DNA of 64,000 bases from the human T2T-CHM13v2.0 reference genome, Homo sapiens. Shown piece after piece: positions 1 through 12,130 of this stretch. The notes under the pieces were generated by a model. The model made no database searches, was not told where the DNA came from, and worked only from the letters and a program-made list of their open reading frames with translations. The stretch lies in NCBI RefSeq assembly GCF_009914755.1, contig NC_060929.1. One strand, 5' to 3'. The position numbers and the translations under genes are program-made. Each line of letters begins with the position of its first letter. Within the stretch, counting starts at the first letter, position 1.

Positions 1-24
1 TAAAGACAAACCTTTGCTAAAAGG

Positions 25-682
25 TGTACATCAAAAACAAAATTCTAAGCCCCCCAGCCAACTGAATAGACCCCTTCTGTCAGCCAAGGGCATTCTAAAG
101 TAAACCCGAAACACGAATTTGGGCCATGATGGGAATGGGTGGTAGGACATGCCTCATTACAGCTTTCTCCCCTTGGAATTCAGACACATCTGACCAGCAT
201 TAACATTAAAACAGAGACCTTAGAACTAACAGAATAGACTCTGTAAGACTGATTAAAAAAAAAACATTTGTAATCTATTCTCTCTGAAACAGCCACCTGG
301 AGGCTTCATCTGCATAATAAGAACTTTGGTCTCCACAACCCCTTATCTTAACCCAGACACTCCATTATATTGATTCCAGGTCTTTAGATAAATTATTTTA
401 ACCAATTGCCAATCAGAAAACCTTTGAATCCACCTGTGACCCAGAAGTCCCCCACCCCACCCTTTGAGTTGTCCCACCTTTCCAGATCAAACTAATGCAT
501 TTCTTACATGTATTGATTGATGTCTTATGTCTCCCTAAAGTGTGTAAAACCAAGCTGTAGTCCAACCACCTTGGGCACATGTTGTCAGGACCTCCTGAGG
601 CTGTCCTTGGGCTTGTCCTTAACCTTGGGAAAATAAACTTCTAAATTGATTGAGACTTGTCTCAGATGCTTTTTGGTTTACG
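25..682 (+). mobile_element. Solo ERV1 LTR, MER4 group (MER4B/D/E-like)
   Basis: Starts TGTACATCAAAAACAAAATTCTAAGCCCCCC. Ends ...AAAATAAACTTCTAAATTGATTGAGACTTGTCTCAGATGCTTTTTGGTTTAC with a polyA signal. Both ends match recalled MER4-group LTR termini. Confidence 0.8.
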
Positions 683-1119
683 AGAGATATTGACTTCATG
701 CCATACTCATGGACTAGTTAAATGCCCAGGTTTTTTTTGTGATTCATTTTTTCTTTTTTGGTAATTTTTATAATATTGGATTTCTTCTGAAAGATGACAG
801 AGCACTTTGTGTGTGTGTATATAGGACATCCACTCTGCAAATATTCCAGGGGCAGGCTTGTCTCCTAGAAAGGTAGGTTGGAAAATTCAGTAGATTTATT
901 TTGACTATTTGCTAGAGAATGGCATGATCTTACCTGAAAAAGATAGGAAGCAGTCTTGGGACTGTTGTCAAAACTAACAATGGTGCAGTTATTTGTGAGT
1001 TTAAAAGCCAGTTTTCAACTAGTGTTTTAAAAGATGCACCTCCCTCTCTACCTCCAGAAGATACCCATGGAGAGCAAAGTAAATGTATAAAAGAAAAATG
1101 TTTGAGACCTGCTTATGGG

Positions 1120-1421
1120 GCTGAGGGCAGCTTCTAGGTCTGAGGGTGGCCTTTGGCTGAGAGTTGGCAAGTAACTGGAGCCTTCAGTCCTACAACTGCA
1201 AGGAGATGAAGTTCGCCAACAAATTGAGTGATCTCAGAAGCAGATTCTTCCCTAGTTAAGCCTTGAGACACTGACTGCAACCTTGTGAGACCCTGAGCTG
1301 GGGACTCAGCTAAGTGGTACAGGGATTTGTGACTCACAGAAGCTGTGAGGTAATAAGTGTGTATTATTTTAAGCTGCTACACTAGTGGGAGTTTGTTATG
1401 CAGCAATAGAAAACTAATACA
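1120..1421 (+). mobile_element. MLT1 (ERVL-MaLR) LTR, 3' part (MLT1D/E-like)
   Basis: Contains CAGTCCTACAACTGCAAGGAGATGAA and the typical MLT1 end TTTAAGCTGCTA...TTTGTTATGCAGCAATAGAAAACTAATACA. Confidence 0.8.
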
Positions 1422-1869
1422 CCATGTAGCTATCAAAATTGTTTCTGCTACTTATGAGTTTCATATTGATGTATGAAAAGAAAGCTGAGTTATAGTCAAC
1501 TGATATTATTAAACAGTACAATAAGCCATAATTTTACTAGTGCTAAGTTACTACCAGCATAAAATGAGAAACATTAAATTGGGGCTTGCCTTTCCCCTCT
1601 TTCAGCATAGTTAGAAAAAACATCTGTCCCTCAGGCATTTGGATGCTGCATCAAGGGACATGTTTTGTTAGAACAAATAGAACCCAATACACTGCACCTT
1701 TCCCTACCCTAGAAGTCACTATCAGAATTGTCTTAAGGCCCCCATCCAACTGTATGAAATAATTAGGGCAGCCTATATGCCTTTGCATTTGCACCGACAA
1801 TTGACTATGATTTGCAATTGGGTACATGCAGTTTTCAAAATCTCATGCTCATAATGAAATACACACTTC

Positions 1870-2320
1870 TTACTGTGACTTACAAGGCCTACAGAATCCA
1901 ACACACCCTTTTGTCTCTGGACCCCTCACTGGCCTCCTTGTCAAGTATGTTTGCCCTACCTGACACACAGACTGAGATCTTATGCCTACTTCCAGGGCTT
2001 CTGCCTGGAATGTTCTGCAGAATTCTCATGGCTGACTCCTCTGATTTCAGTCTCACACATTCCCTCCCTCAGCAAGGCCTTCTCCAACTTCCCTGAAGTC
2101 CCCTTTCCTCCCGGTCACTCTCTTCCACATTAACTTATGTTTCCTTCCAGACCCTTATAGTATCTGAAATGACTTGGTTGTACATTTATTTATGTGAGAA
2201 ATCAATGTCCCTCTCACTAGAATATAAGCAACATGACAGCAAGGACTGTCTGGCATCTGTGGCAAACTAAACAAGATTACCACTTAGGAGATGCTCAATA
2301 AGTATGATGTAAATAAAATG
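1870..2320 (+). mobile_element. L2 LINE 3' fragment
   Basis: Degenerate L2 motifs: TCTGCCTGGAATGTTCT, CAAGGCCTTCTC, CACTAGAATATAAGC, TGCTCAATAAGTA. Confidence 0.6.
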
Positions 2321-2789
2321 TGATTAGAACAACAAGACTGCCATAAGACTTGACTTATTTTTCTTCTTTGCCCCTTGCACACCCTCTCACAGGTTCAAAA
2401 TCCACAGCAGTTTTGCCACTAACTCAGCCAGCATTTTTTTGTATATCTGCACTCCCAGCACCATGGAGGGTAGTTTAAGGAAGACAGAAGTTGTAGAAGA
2501 CATAGTTCTTCCCTTAAAGACTACATAAATTAACTGGGTCGGAAGATGCCGCTGCATAAATTGATCAAAATCTAACTACAAGGCATTTACTACACCAGTA
2601 TCTGGGCCAAACTAAATATGAAATTGCTTAGGGAATGAAGGCAGGGAGTGATTAGAAAATTTCGTATAGGAGCTGATTCTTGAAACAGGTGTGTCAATGG
2701 GAGATGTGTCATGAGTATTCAAAGCAAGGTAAAATAAGATAAGAAAAAGCTATGAAACTCTTAGAGTTTATGTATCCATCTCCCAGAGC

Positions 2790-2995
2790 AAAGTATTTCT
2801 AATCCAAAGTTTGTGCTTTAGAATCACTTAATTGAAAGACCAACTCTGGCCTCTATTTAACTTTTGTTAACTTTTGTTAACTTTTACTTTTGTGTTCAGT
2901 CTCAAATCAGAATCTCTAAGGGGTGGGCTTGGAACTGGCATATTTTCCAAGATCCCCAGTGAGTCTGATGTGCATCCAGGGTTGAGATCCTCTGC
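2790..2995. mobile_element. MER5-family hAT-Charlie MITE
   Basis: AATCAGAATCTCTAAGGGGTGGGC...CCCCAGTGAGTCTGATGTGCATCCAGGGTTGAGATCCTCTG. Contains a 10-bp unit TTAACTTTTG three times at 2857-2886. Confidence 0.65.
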
Positions 2996-3064
2996 ACATA
3001 GCCTGAAATGGCATCACAGGGTTAAACAAAGGAGAAATGCCTCATAACAATAAGGTGACACATG

Positions 3065-3161
3065 GTGAAACACAGTGGTTAAGGCTCTAGCCTAGGTTTA
3101 AATCTAGACTCTGCAAGTTACCTGCTAGGTGACCTTGGGCAAGTGATTCAATCTCTCTGAG
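3065..3161 (+). mobile_element. MIR SINE, 5' part (split by THE1B)
   Basis: CAGTGGTTAAGGCT...GTGACCTTGGGCAAGTGATTCAATCTCTCTGAG is the MIR core. It resumes after 5477. Confidence 0.8.
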
Positions 3162-3525
3162 TGATATGGTTTGGCTCTGTGTCTCCACCCAGATCTGATC
3201 TTGTAGCTCCCATAATTCCTATGTGCTATGAGACAGACCCAGTGGGAGATGATTGAATCATGGGGGTAGGTCTTTCCTGTGCTGTTCTCATAATAGTGAA
3301 TGGGTCTTATGAGATCTGATGGTTTTAAAAACAGGCGTTTTCCTGCACAAGTTCTCTTTGCCTGCTGCCATCCATGTAAGATGTGACTTGCTCCTCCTTA
3401 CCTTCTGCCATGATTGTGAGGACTCCCCAGCCATGCAAAACTGTAAGTCCAATAAACCTCTTTCTTTTGTAAATTGCCCAGTCTCTGGTATGTCTTTATC
3501 AGCAGCATGAAAACAGACTAATTCA
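3162..3525 (+). mobile_element. THE1B 5' LTR
   Basis: TGATATGGTTTGGCT...GGTTTTAAAAACAGG...CCATCCATGTAAGATGTGACTTGCTCCTCC...AATAAA...GACTAATTCA. Confidence 0.92.
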
Positions 3526-3573
3526 GTAAATTGGTACCAGTAGAGTGGGGCGCTGCTGATAAGATAACCAAAA

Positions 3574-4928
3574 ATGTGGAAGCAACTTTGGAACTGGGTA
3601 ACAGGCAAAGGTTGGAACAGTTTGGAGGGCTCAAAAGAAGACAAGAAAATGTGGGAAAGTTTGGAACTTCCTAGAGACTTGTTGAATGGCTTTGACGAAA
3701 ATGTTGATAATGATATGGACAATATGGTCCAGGCTGAGGTGGTCTCAGTTGGAGATGAGGAACTTGTTGGGAACTGGAGCAAAGATGGCTCTTGTTATGT
3801 TTTAGCAAAGAGACTGGTGACATTTTCCCCCTGTCCTAGAGACTTGTGGAACTTTCAACTTGAGAGAGATGATTTAGGGTATCAGGCAGAAGAAATTTCT
3901 AAGCAGCAAAGCATTCAAGAGGTGACTGGGGTGCTGTTAAAGGTATTCAGTTTTATAAGGGAAACAGAGCATAAAATCTCAGAAAATTTCCAGCCTGATA
4001 ATGCAATAGAAAAGAAAATCCCGTTTTCTGAGGAGAAATTCAAGCAGCCTGCAGGAATTTGCAAAAGTAACGAAGAGCCAAAAGTTAATCCCCAAGACAA
4101 TGGAGAAAATGTCTCCAAGTCATGTCAGAGGTCTTCATGGCAGCCCCCCTGCCCAATACAGGCCTGGAGGCCTAGGAGGAAAAAGTGGTTTCATGGGCCA
4201 GGCCCAGGATCTCTGTGCTATGTGCAACCTAGGGACTTGGTGCCCTGCTTCCCAGCCACTCTAGCTGTGGCTAAAAGGGGCCACTGTAGAGCTTGGGCCA
4301 TGGCTTCAGAGGGTGCAAGACCCAAGCCTTGACAGCTTCCACATGGTGTTGAGCCTGAGAGTACACAAAAGTCAAGGATTGGGGTTTGGGAACCTCCGCC
4401 TAGATTTGAGAAGATGTATGGAAATGTCTGGATGTCCAGGCAGAAGTTTGCTGCAGGGGCGGGGCCCTCATGGAGAACCTCTGCTAGGGCAGTGCAGAAG
4501 GGAAATGTGGGGTCAGAACCCCCACATAGAATCCCTACTGGGGCACCACCTAGTGGATCCGTGAGGACAGGGCCACCATCTTCCAGATCCCAGAATGGGA
4601 GATCCACTGACAGCTTGCACCATGTGCCTGGAAAAGCCACAGACACTCAATGCCAGCCTGTGAAGGCAGCCAGGAGGGAGACTGTACCCTGCAAAGCCAC
4701 AGAGGCAGAGCTACCCAAGACCATGGGAACCCAACTCTTGCATCAGTGTGATCTGGATTTGAGACATGGAGTCAAAGGAGATCATTTTGGACCATTAAGA
4801 TTTTACTGCCCTGCTGGATTTTGGACTTGCATCAGGCCTGTAGCCCTTTGTTTTGGCCAATTTCTCCCATTTGGAATGGCTGTATTTACCCAAGGCCTGT
4901 ACCCACATTGTATCTAGGAAGTAACTAA
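3574..4928 (+). pseudogene. THE1B internal ORF (MaLR ~450-aa ORF), nearly intact
   Basis: ORF-track 3574-4332 and 4414-4917 are in the same frame, separated only by TGA at 4330-4332; 4333-4413 is stop-free. A probable 1-bp deletion near 4844-4846 shifts the last ~27 codons; the alternative frame reads LFWPISPIWNGCIYPRPVPTLYLGSN* to 4928. Confidence 0.85.
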
Positions 4929-5106
4929 CTTGCTTTTAACTTTACAGGCTCATAGAAAGAAGGGACTTGCCTTGTCTCTGATGAGACTTTGGACTGTGGA
5001 CTTTTGAGTTAATGCTGGAATAAATTGAGACTTTTGGGGACTGTTGGGATGGCATGATTGGTTTTGAAATGTGAAGATATGAGATTTGGGAGGGGACAGA
5101 GCGGAA

Positions 5107-5472
5107 TGATATGGTTTGGCTCTGTGTTCCCACCTAAATCTGATCTTATAGCTCCCATAATTCCCATGTGTTGTGGGACGGACATGGTGGGAGATGATTG
5201 AATCATGGGGGTGGGTCTTTCCCATGCTGTTCTTGAGATAGTGAATGGGTCTCATGAGATCTGATGGTTTTAAAAACAGGAGTTTCCCTGCACAAGCTCT
5301 CTTTTTGCCTGCTGCCATCCACGTAAGATGTGACTTGCTCCTCCTTGCCTTCTGCCATGATTGTGAGGCCTATCCAGCCATGTGGAACTGTAAGTCCAAT
5401 AAACCTCTTTCTTTTGTAAATTGCCCAGTCTCAGGTATGTCTTTATCAGCAGTGTGAAAACGGACTAATACA
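5107..5472 (+). mobile_element. THE1B 3' LTR
   Basis: About 90% identical to the 5' LTR by manual count. Ends GGACTAATACA. Confidence 0.92.
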
Positions 5473-5477
5473 CTGAG

Positions 5478-5600
5478 CCTCTGTTTACACATCTTTAGGC
5501 TAGCAATAATAAATGTAGTTACTGCCTAAGAACAATGGAGAATTAAATAAGGCACAAAAAGCACTTGTTACAATGTGTGGCACACAGTCAAAGCCCTAGT
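5478..5600 (+). mobile_element. MIR SINE, 3' part
   Basis: CCTCTGTTTACACATCT...GAGAATTAAATAAG...AAAGCACTT...TGGCACACAGT continues the MIR broken at 3161. Confidence 0.7.
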
Positions 5601-5870
5601 TTTTTTTCATTATCATTATCTTTCTACGTTAAAAAATTTCTAATCTTTATAAAGGCACTGGAAATTCCAATGTACATTTCTAAAGTTTTTGCATCCATCA
5701 GCTTCACAAATTATCATAACTTTGAAGCACAGCCTTAGCCAAGCACATTGATGAATTCAAGCACCTTTAAGAAGGGCCCCAAAGAAACAAGGCTGAGGCT
5801 GAGATTAGTCAATATGGGAGCAAATGAGCATTTTAATAGAAATTAAAATCATATACAAAAGCAGAAAATG

Positions 5871-6176
5871 GGCCAGGTGCAGTGACTCATGCCTGTAATC
5901 CCAGCACTTAGGAAGGCTGAGGCAGGCAAATTTCTTCAGTACAGGAGTTCAAGACGAGACTGGCCAACACGGCAAAACCCCATCTCTACTAAAAATACAA
6001 AAATTAGCCAGGCATGGTGGTGCACACCTGTAATCCCAGCTACTGCTCCTGAGGCAGGAGAATGGCTTGAACCCAGGAGGTGTGGAGGTGCAGGTTGCAG
6101 TGAGCCAAGATCGTGCCACTGCATTCCAGCCTGGGCAACAGAGTGAGACTCCATCTCAAAAAAAAAAAAAAAAAAA
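5871..6176 (+). mobile_element. Alu (AluS-like), full length
   Basis: Dimeric Alu with A-tail. TSD AAAAGCAGAAAAT on both sides. Confidence 0.95.
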
Positions 6177-7707
6177 GCAGAAAATTCATCTGTAAAAACT
6201 GACAACATTAAAAGAACAACAACAATACAAAGAAATTAAAATAATGACTGATGAGTTCAGCAGCCTTGCCTGACAAGGCAACAAGCGAGGAGCTTGCAAC
6301 TTCAGAACAACCCTTTCTGTAAAACTTTACAGAGCATTTAAATAAAACATAGTGAAGCTTTTTTCACATCATTTGGATTAACAGTACCATCTTTCTCCCT
6401 CATTAATGTGGACCCAGCCCTAGAATAAACTGAAAATCATCAACTGAATCATTCTACCTCACCCTGATCACTTTACTCCATAGTTTTCTAATATACGTCC
6501 TGCCAAATATTTTTAGGACAAGTCATTTAAAAGTTTTCTAAATGTCTCAAAAATTAGCAATGTGCCAAGAATGAGACGAATTAGGTCATCTATGCTTATC
6601 AGAAAAGCAGTTTATTCCTTTGCATAAGTACAGAGAATTCACTGTGCAATTTTAACTTTGCTGTATTAGGATTTTTAAGATGCACGCCTTGTATATTGCT
6701 AAACGCGTGGAAAATAAAGTCTGGAAGAATATCCTCCAATCTTTCGACAGTGGTTGTCTCTGGAGTAAAATTAAGGATGACTTTGTATTTCTGCATTGTT
6801 CTCTTTACTGCCATTTGAAATTTGTATAATAAGCATTTATTATTTTCCTACTACTAAAAGATAAGTTTTTAGATGAAATAAAATGCATGTTTTACAAAAA
6901 GACTAGCCCTTTTGAAAGTACCAAAACGCTTCAACTTAGTAAAAAAAGGGCTGTCACTGAATATGAATTTTAAATATTTAGTGGGGTGGAAAAAACCTTC
7001 TGCAGTGGAAAGAGATGATGAGCAAGGCTCCTGGTTAGAAAAGGATAGACTTTTTGGCTCCCACTGGGTGGTTTTGAGCATCTCAACTCACCTTTCAAAG
7101 GCTAACCAACCAGGTGATAGCAAATACTACACTGCGCATGTTTGTGGAGAACAGAGTCCAGACCTCCAAGGCTGGCCTAGAAACATTCTCCCTAGCAAAG
7201 ACTTAAGTCTCCGTTTCACAAACTGAATCAGTGCTTTTCATGATTCCAAAGGACTCCCGTTCGACTTTTTTTTCCCCTTTCGTCATTCAACTTGGAAACA
7301 TTCCTTTTTGTGGATTTTCATGAACTCCAGCCCAACACCAGGTGCAAATTGAAAAAATCCCACTGGCCAAATTTAGCATAGGGAGGCCTACTGTTCTTTC
7401 AACAGAGCCTTTCTTTCAGGCCAGGAGTTCAGATCTTAGCCCCTGGGCACACAAGTCAGGGGTTTTGCTTTCATCCACAACCATCACTCATGAAAAACTC
7501 CTTCTCGACGGTGCCTGCCTCTCCAGACCCCCCAGCCTAGAGGCTCAGATGCATGTGCCTGTGTGAATCTGGGGATTTGTAGGAGAGGAAAGCCAGAGAG
7601 ATTCCTCATTGATCTTGACCTATAAATATTCAACTGTCCCCAGATCAGACATGTAATTTTCCACACACTGCAGTTTCTGTGTGGTCGCCATTATCATTTA
7701 GCAAATA

Positions 7708-8332
<625 letters not shown>

Positions 8333-8993
8333 TACTTTACATTGAGTTGCTCTCCTTGATTTGCAATTAAGAGGCTGTTACATGGCATTCCCCAACTTGG
8401 GGCATTCCGCCAATGTCCAAAGAAGAACATGGTGCCTTCAGAAATTCTGGCTGGTTCAAACAGGAATTCAATTCTGGTGTCAAGTCAGTGCTCCACAGAG
8501 CTTGTGGCTCAAGCAATAATCTGATTATATTCCATTTTACAAGCATTTATTGAGCATCTAATTTGTGATTTGGTTTGCCATAGATAATTAATCTAAATGC
8601 CTGCTATTTAATTGAACTGCTGCCTTCTTATCCTGTGGTGGGATTGCACTACCAGGATTGGTTCTCTACATTTGCTGCTATATTTGTCTTATAAATGTTT
8701 CATCCTCTGCTAATAAGTGTGAAGGACACCCAGCTACTGAAGTTCTAATGTTACAGTTTTCCTGATCTGAATTGATTAGATTTGTCTCTATGGACTTTGT
8801 GAATGGCATTCGAACACCCCATCTGAGGTGCAGTTATGGGGGCTTGAAATAATGTTTTCTGGTGTTATCATTGGGCTTGGTCTACCCATTTGACAGCTCA
8901 CAGAAGCAGTGCAGAGAGCATCTTGGAAGAAAGACACAAAACTATCAGACTATAAACATTACAAAATGTTCTTGATCTACTCTCCAAACTAGG

Positions 8994-9475
8994 TGTATCA
9001 GTCAGTCTTATAGGACATGGATGGTCCACTCATACTGAGCAATTCATGAAACAAATTAGTGACTATTCAGAAAGGCATGGCCAGGGTTTCAGGAAACAAG
9101 GGCAGTGAAGTAAGGGCTAGCAGCAACTGAGAACTGCTGCTACCACCAGAGGCCCAAAAAAACATGGAGGGGAGGGTATACCAGAACAAAAGCAGGCAGC
9201 TACAGAGGGCTGCCTAAAAGAAATTGTAGCTCCTGGTATAAAGATCTAGACAAACCAAAGCAACTAGAAAGGAAGGGAGACAGCCAGGAAATAAATACCA
9301 TAACTCTCTCCTTCTCCTTTATGAACTCCTGCTGGTATTTCACATTAGCCGAACCCCACTGGGAGCTGGAGAACAAGAGAGCCAAAAGTCCATATGGACC
9401 AGCTCCTGGGGCACAGAGGAGGACGTAGAAGGGTGAAGAATGAACCTGCAGAGACAAACAAAGACACCTGGCATA
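8994..9475 (-). mobile_element. ERVL LTR, LTR33-like
   Basis: The reverse complement starts TATGCCAGGTGTCTTTGTTTGTCTCTGCAGGTTCATTCTTCACCCTTCT...CTCTGTGCCCCAGGAGCTG, resembling the LTR33 5' end. The other terminus reads TGTATCAGTCAG. Confidence 0.65.
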
Positions 9476-10974
9476 TCGAGTTTTTGTAAGGGAAGTGAGG
9501 ACACAACAAAGCGTGCAATAAATGTATTCTTTCTGGAAGCTAAACACAAATGTATAATTAGAGATTTGATGCTTGAGCTGATTCTAGCACAGGTAAAAGT
9601 CTGATATAGATGGAAGGGGAAGACATTGTGGGCTGAAAAAGGCTATAGGGAAAAGAGCTTTAGAAAACAGCTATGTGGCCAGAGCCAGGGGCGTAAATAG
9701 CAGCGGCAAGAGAGCAGCCTGTAGAGACAGAGGGGTTGGGCTGTGAAATCCCCATATGCCAGGTGAAGGCATGCAAGCGTCTGATGGACGTAGCTTCAGA
9801 TCCACATTTTACAGAAAGTCTATCAGCTCCCTAGAGACGGGATTAATGATGATATGGAGCTTCAAACCCCTTTCCAGAAACAGGTAGGACAAAGAAACTA
9901 GGTAATCAACATAAATAAAATAATTCTTCTTGACCATGATAGTCCCAAAGCCTTTGGTTTTGGTAACATCTGAGAAGGAGTCAGTACAATCATCTCCCTT
10001 TATAACCTAGACAGTGATTATGCTTAATTGTCTTCACAAGATCGTCTTCCTCTATGTTCTTTGTATCCTTTCACAGAATCTATGGACATTCTTTGGCTGC
10101 ATCTGGAACATACTGAACATATTGCATAGGAGCGCCAAGTTCATTTTTGTCTTAAACTTCTAAGGAGCCTTCCTTGGCATGAGAAGACTGACTCTTCTGC
10201 TGAACTCCTACACCACTTTAAATAGCTGCCACATTACTTCACATGCAATTATGTACACATTGTAATTTTCTCTGAGTTTGTTGTTAATTTTGATTAATTA
10301 GATTTCAACCTCCTTGAATGCACCATGCCTAATCCTGCGGTGTGCTCCTCACCACCACCTCCAGTGCTAAACATGCTCTGAACACAGACAGTATTTGTTT
10401 CTTCAATAGCAGGTAGTCACTCTCTACCCAGGAACCAATTTGTGCTTTGGAAGGAGAATTTCCTTACAACTCACTGGAGTGTCTTTCTATAAAATAGCCT
10501 ATGCCTTTAAGCATCCATGGTTCATACTTTCTGAGCCCACAACAAGTATTTATTCAATCAGAAAAAAAGTATATTGAGCACTTACAGTACACAAGAGCTA
10601 GCAGATAGTTAAATAAATATGATTATTTGGAACGTAAAAGAAGAAATTTTGAGCTAATGCATTAGTCACTAAAAATGGACTACTGTGTTACCCTTTGCAG
10701 ATCATATTTACCATTTTGCAGAGTCCTACAAAGCCTATTCAAAGATTAAATACTGTAGGAGTGTTAAACACTATAGCAGGACTCACAAGGGAAGTATTTT
10801 TGGTTAGGGAAGTCCTTTAGCATTTGTCATCTTATACCAATGACAGCATGTCAGAAGCCTGGATTTGGGAGCACAAGCTCCTACTCTTCTTTCAAAGCCT
10901 TGCAGAACTGTGGAGCTCTCTGGAGGCCTCTCCACAGAGTCCCAGGGAGTCATTCCAAGCTAGTTATTCCTACA

Positions 10975-11159
10975 GCAAGTGTTTCTTAAAATGCTGTTCT
11001 CATTCCTATTCTTTAGAATAATCTGGGTGATCTTGTTAAGCCTGCACTCCATCACAGATCTGCTAAGTCAGAGTCTTTGGACATATGGCCCTGGGGTATT
11101 CCATTTCTAACCCACTCCTTAGTTGATTCTTACACACACTGACGTTTGAGAATTACTGC
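10975..11159. mobile_element. MER5-family hAT-Charlie MITE
   Basis: GTGTTTCTTAAAA...TTAGAATAATCTGGG...GATTCTTACACACACTGACGTTTGAGAATTACTGC. Confidence 0.65.
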
Positions 11160-11164
11160 TATGG

Positions 11165-11320
11165 CCCTTTGTACCATCATTAGCTTAAATCTTGAAGTTT
11201 CATGTACATGTCTTATTATTTCCATTAGACTGAATATCTTGCAAACAGGAGCCATATATGAATAGCCATATTCTCCAAACTGGGTACAATTCCTGGAACA
11301 TAGTAGATTTTTGCTAAGAG
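11165..11320 (+). mobile_element. L2 3' fragment
   Basis: CCATTAGACTGAATATCTTG...TACAATTCCTGGAACATAGTAG. Confidence 0.5.
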
Positions 11321-11394
11321 TTCTCACAACTGTAAGAGTTCCCTATATATGACCATATCCAGATGAATATGTTGGTTGAACCCAAACAACATAT

Positions 11395-11570
11395 TCTATT
11401 TCTCTATTGCCGTATAACTACTTACCACAGAAACTGGCACAGTGTCACTTCCAATTAATTCCATTGGTCAAACAGTCATAGAGCATGTCCAGATTCAAGG
11501 CTTGGGGGACAAAGACCCCACCTCTCATTGAAGGAACGTTGAATTTTTGGCCATCTTTAATCTACCACAC
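11395..11570 (-). mobile_element. MLT1 (H/J-like) LTR fragment with internal deletion
   Basis: TCCATTGGTCAAACAGTCA...CCAGATTCAAGG...CCCCACCTCTCATTGAAGGA...GCCATCTTTAATCTACCACA, whose reverse is the TGTGGTAG LTR start. Confidence 0.65.
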
Positions 11571-12052
11571 AGTCCCTGCCAAAGTCTATTAAAAACAGAC
11601 TGGGTATAATTCTTTAATCTGACTTTATGAGCATTTCAAAGAGGCAAATAAACCAATCATGTTTTGTGGCCTAGGAAATAGAGTTCAGAAGACATGAGAC
11701 AAGGTATTTAAAAAGAAAGAAAGAAAAATCCAAAGATATTTCTAGTGCCTATGGCCCTTTATAGTTTAGTCCAATTAAATTGGTCACAGGCCTTTTGAAC
11801 TACATTTGAGTCCCATTGTGGCCTCCAGTAGTTCCTTCCCCAGAAGGTAAATGGACATGTCAATGGTGGTGAATGAAATAATTGATACCCTTTATCAGTT
11901 TTAAGACAAGGTCAGAAATTGGAGCTGCGAAAGTTTTAGAAAGTTCTAGGAATAGGCCCAGGGTATTTAGCCCAGGAATCTTCTACTATAGGAATACTCT
12001 TAGTTTGCCTTCTTGGGGTTTGCAACTCTGGATGTCTCTTAATTGCAAATTC

Positions 12053-12130
12053 TTTTCTCTCTCTCTCTCTCTCTCCCCCCCACCCTACACACCCCCTTCT
12101 CCCCTCCCTTTTTTTTTTTTTTTTTTTTTC
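12053..12130. repeat. Polypyrimidine tract: (CT)n, C-runs, poly-T
   Basis: Read directly from the sequence. Confidence 0.9.

Larger units (their letters stand above)
3162..5472 (+). mobile_element. Full-length THE1B MaLR provirus (LTR-int-LTR)
   Basis: Two LTRs of ~365 bp starting TGATATGG. Internal region ~1.58 kb. Purine-rich PPT before the 3' LTR. Perfect 5-bp TSD CTGAG at 3157-3161 and 5473-5477. Confidence 0.95.

Noticed and set aside
3288-5457. Antisense and LTR-encoded ORFs overlapping THE1B
   Set aside because: They are shadow frames of the MaLR sequence, and the same peptides recur in both LTRs.
5889-6208. Alu-derived ORFs (also at 7645, 14936, 16395, 19825, 23397, 31416, 33359, 49940, 56744)
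   Set aside because: These are standard Alu translation products (e.g. [25 protein letters not shown]), not genes.
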